Source: Octopus bimaculoides (Eukaryota). From it: a stretch of DNA of 64,000 bases. Under the pieces are notes generated by a model. That model worked only from the letters and a program-made list of their open reading frames with translations, made no database searches and was not told the DNA's origin. The translations under genes were made by a program, and so were the position numbers. The stretch lies in contig NC_068995.1 of NCBI RefSeq assembly GCF_001194135.2, positions 33,367,218 through 33,431,217 of the forward strand, given 5' to 3'. This document shows, piece after piece, positions 62,481 to 64,000 of the stretch. Numbering within the stretch: position 1 is the first letter of the stretch; each line of letters begins with the position of its first letter.

Positions 62481-62486
<6 letters not shown>

Positions 62487-62530
<44 letters not shown>

Positions 62531-62556
62531 GTGTGTGTGTGTGTGTGTGTGTGTGT
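62487..62556. repeat. Compound (TA)n-(TG)n microsatellite
   Basis: Direct observation. Confidence 0.95.
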
Positions 62557-64000
62557 AGTATAAATATACAGTATATATAATTTTTCAACATTTTAGGGGT
62601 TTGTATTTTTTTTTAGTTTTAAAATGCGAATACATCACAAATTTCTTCTCAATAAGATGTTATTGATATATTTTTCTTATGTAAACTGTCTCAAATTTCT
62701 GTATTTATCTATTGGTTCTTGTGTCTAACTATTTAATGAAATGTTTGCTAATGCATTCAGGGTTTCCTTTTAGCCAAAAGGGATAGTTTTCATATGTAGC
62801 ATCACTGCCACTTTATAAATGTATTCAATATGTTGTCACATTTATTTGTGTAATTTCCAATTGGTAAAGGGGTCCTAGTCTTCCATAACTTTCTCCTCCC
62901 TTTGTACAATTCATTTCTCATTTTTTTTTAAACATGAACACAAAATGTGCCCCAAAAGTAACAAGCTTCTACATATAAAATAACTCTATCAGTTTACCTT
63001 GGTTACCTCAACCATTTCACCGTGTTTTTTTTTTTTTGTGTGTCTATTCATACTTGTCTGAAGAATTACAGTTGGTGAAACACTAATCACATCAGAGACT
63101 GATATTGAAAATAGTGTAGGGTTTCTGCTTAGTTTTATTCTCAGTAAGTTGATACTTAATATTCTTCATGTAATCACTGTAAGGATTCTATTTAATTAAA
63201 TTCTAATCAAAATTTAATCAATGATATTTCAAATGAAATAATACTATGAAAACAGTAACAGCATTATAATATAAATAAAACATGCTTTTTATTATCCTTT
63301 GAAATCTCATACTACTTCACAATTTTATTTTAACTTTTGGGCCTTATGTGTGTGTCTATCTGTGCATGTATGTTAGTATATATGTATGTTAATGTGTATG
63401 ATTATGATTTGTGAGGGCTACCTGTTCGGTTTCTCTCATCTTTCATGATTTGGGGCTTGTTAATCAAGTTGACTTTGTTGTCTATTCAGGTTGTTGTTTA
63501 CTTCTTTCTCTGTATTGTTATTTTTGTTATTCATAACACCATAAAGTACCTTGTTAATCTGAATTGTGTTACCATGAAAGGTACACTTGTTTGTCTTGAC
63601 CCTCTCCTACCATAAGGTGTACAGGGTGGGGGGCTCTCTTGATGTTGATCAGCTCGCAAGGCAGCATATTGTATAGCACTGACTGAAAAGGTTGTGTGTG
63701 TTCTCCCTCCCCCCGCCCCTGCCAACCCCCCCTCACTTCACTATGTTCTACACTTAAGTGAAGCAACCACTCATGACACAATTGAGTGTTTCTTATTGTC
63801 TAATTTTACCCAACTGACCCCTCTCTCTTCTTTCCAAGTTGAACTACATTCACACACAGTGGATACCAATGACTGTAAATATATATTGAAATATCCATGA
63901 CTTGGATCATTTGAACTGTCTTTTGATACATTATTCATGGAATTTTTAATTCAACCATTATAGTTGATAAAACATGTTTGTCTTTACTGCTGGCATCTTA

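Overview
AT-rich, repeat-dense eukaryotic genomic window from a fragmented short-read assembly with eight N gaps. The repeat families look cephalopod, most likely Octopus (inference from recall, not a search). Two protein-coding loci are clear, both on the + strand. One is a single coding exon of mitochondrial ribosomal protein L24 (ATG 17954, donor after 18217); I could not find its downstream exons in the window. The other is a complete, intron-free 345-aa adenosine kinase ORF (54145-55182) preceded by a splice acceptor. Between them is a CpG-rich, multi-CCAAT promoter-like region (~36.0-36.8 kb) ending in a strong donor, plus two phase-compatible orphan exons (51.5 and 52.2 kb). Most of the rest is mobile DNA: two tRNA-type SINE families, RTE, Tx1/L1, R4/Dong-like and CR1/L2 LINE fragments, Penelope-like remnants (a GIY-YIG domain and LTR-like ends, one with a near-canonical minimal hammerhead ribozyme), Tc1/mariner elements, MITEs, a long foldback element and microsatellites. 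No rRNA, intact tRNA or CRISPR array was seen. Most small ORFs in the supplied track are spurious. I found no clearly new multi-gene system. The best leads are the probable ADK retrogene with an unusual GCGD motif and possible nested or uORF architecture, and the Penelope hammerhead motifs.
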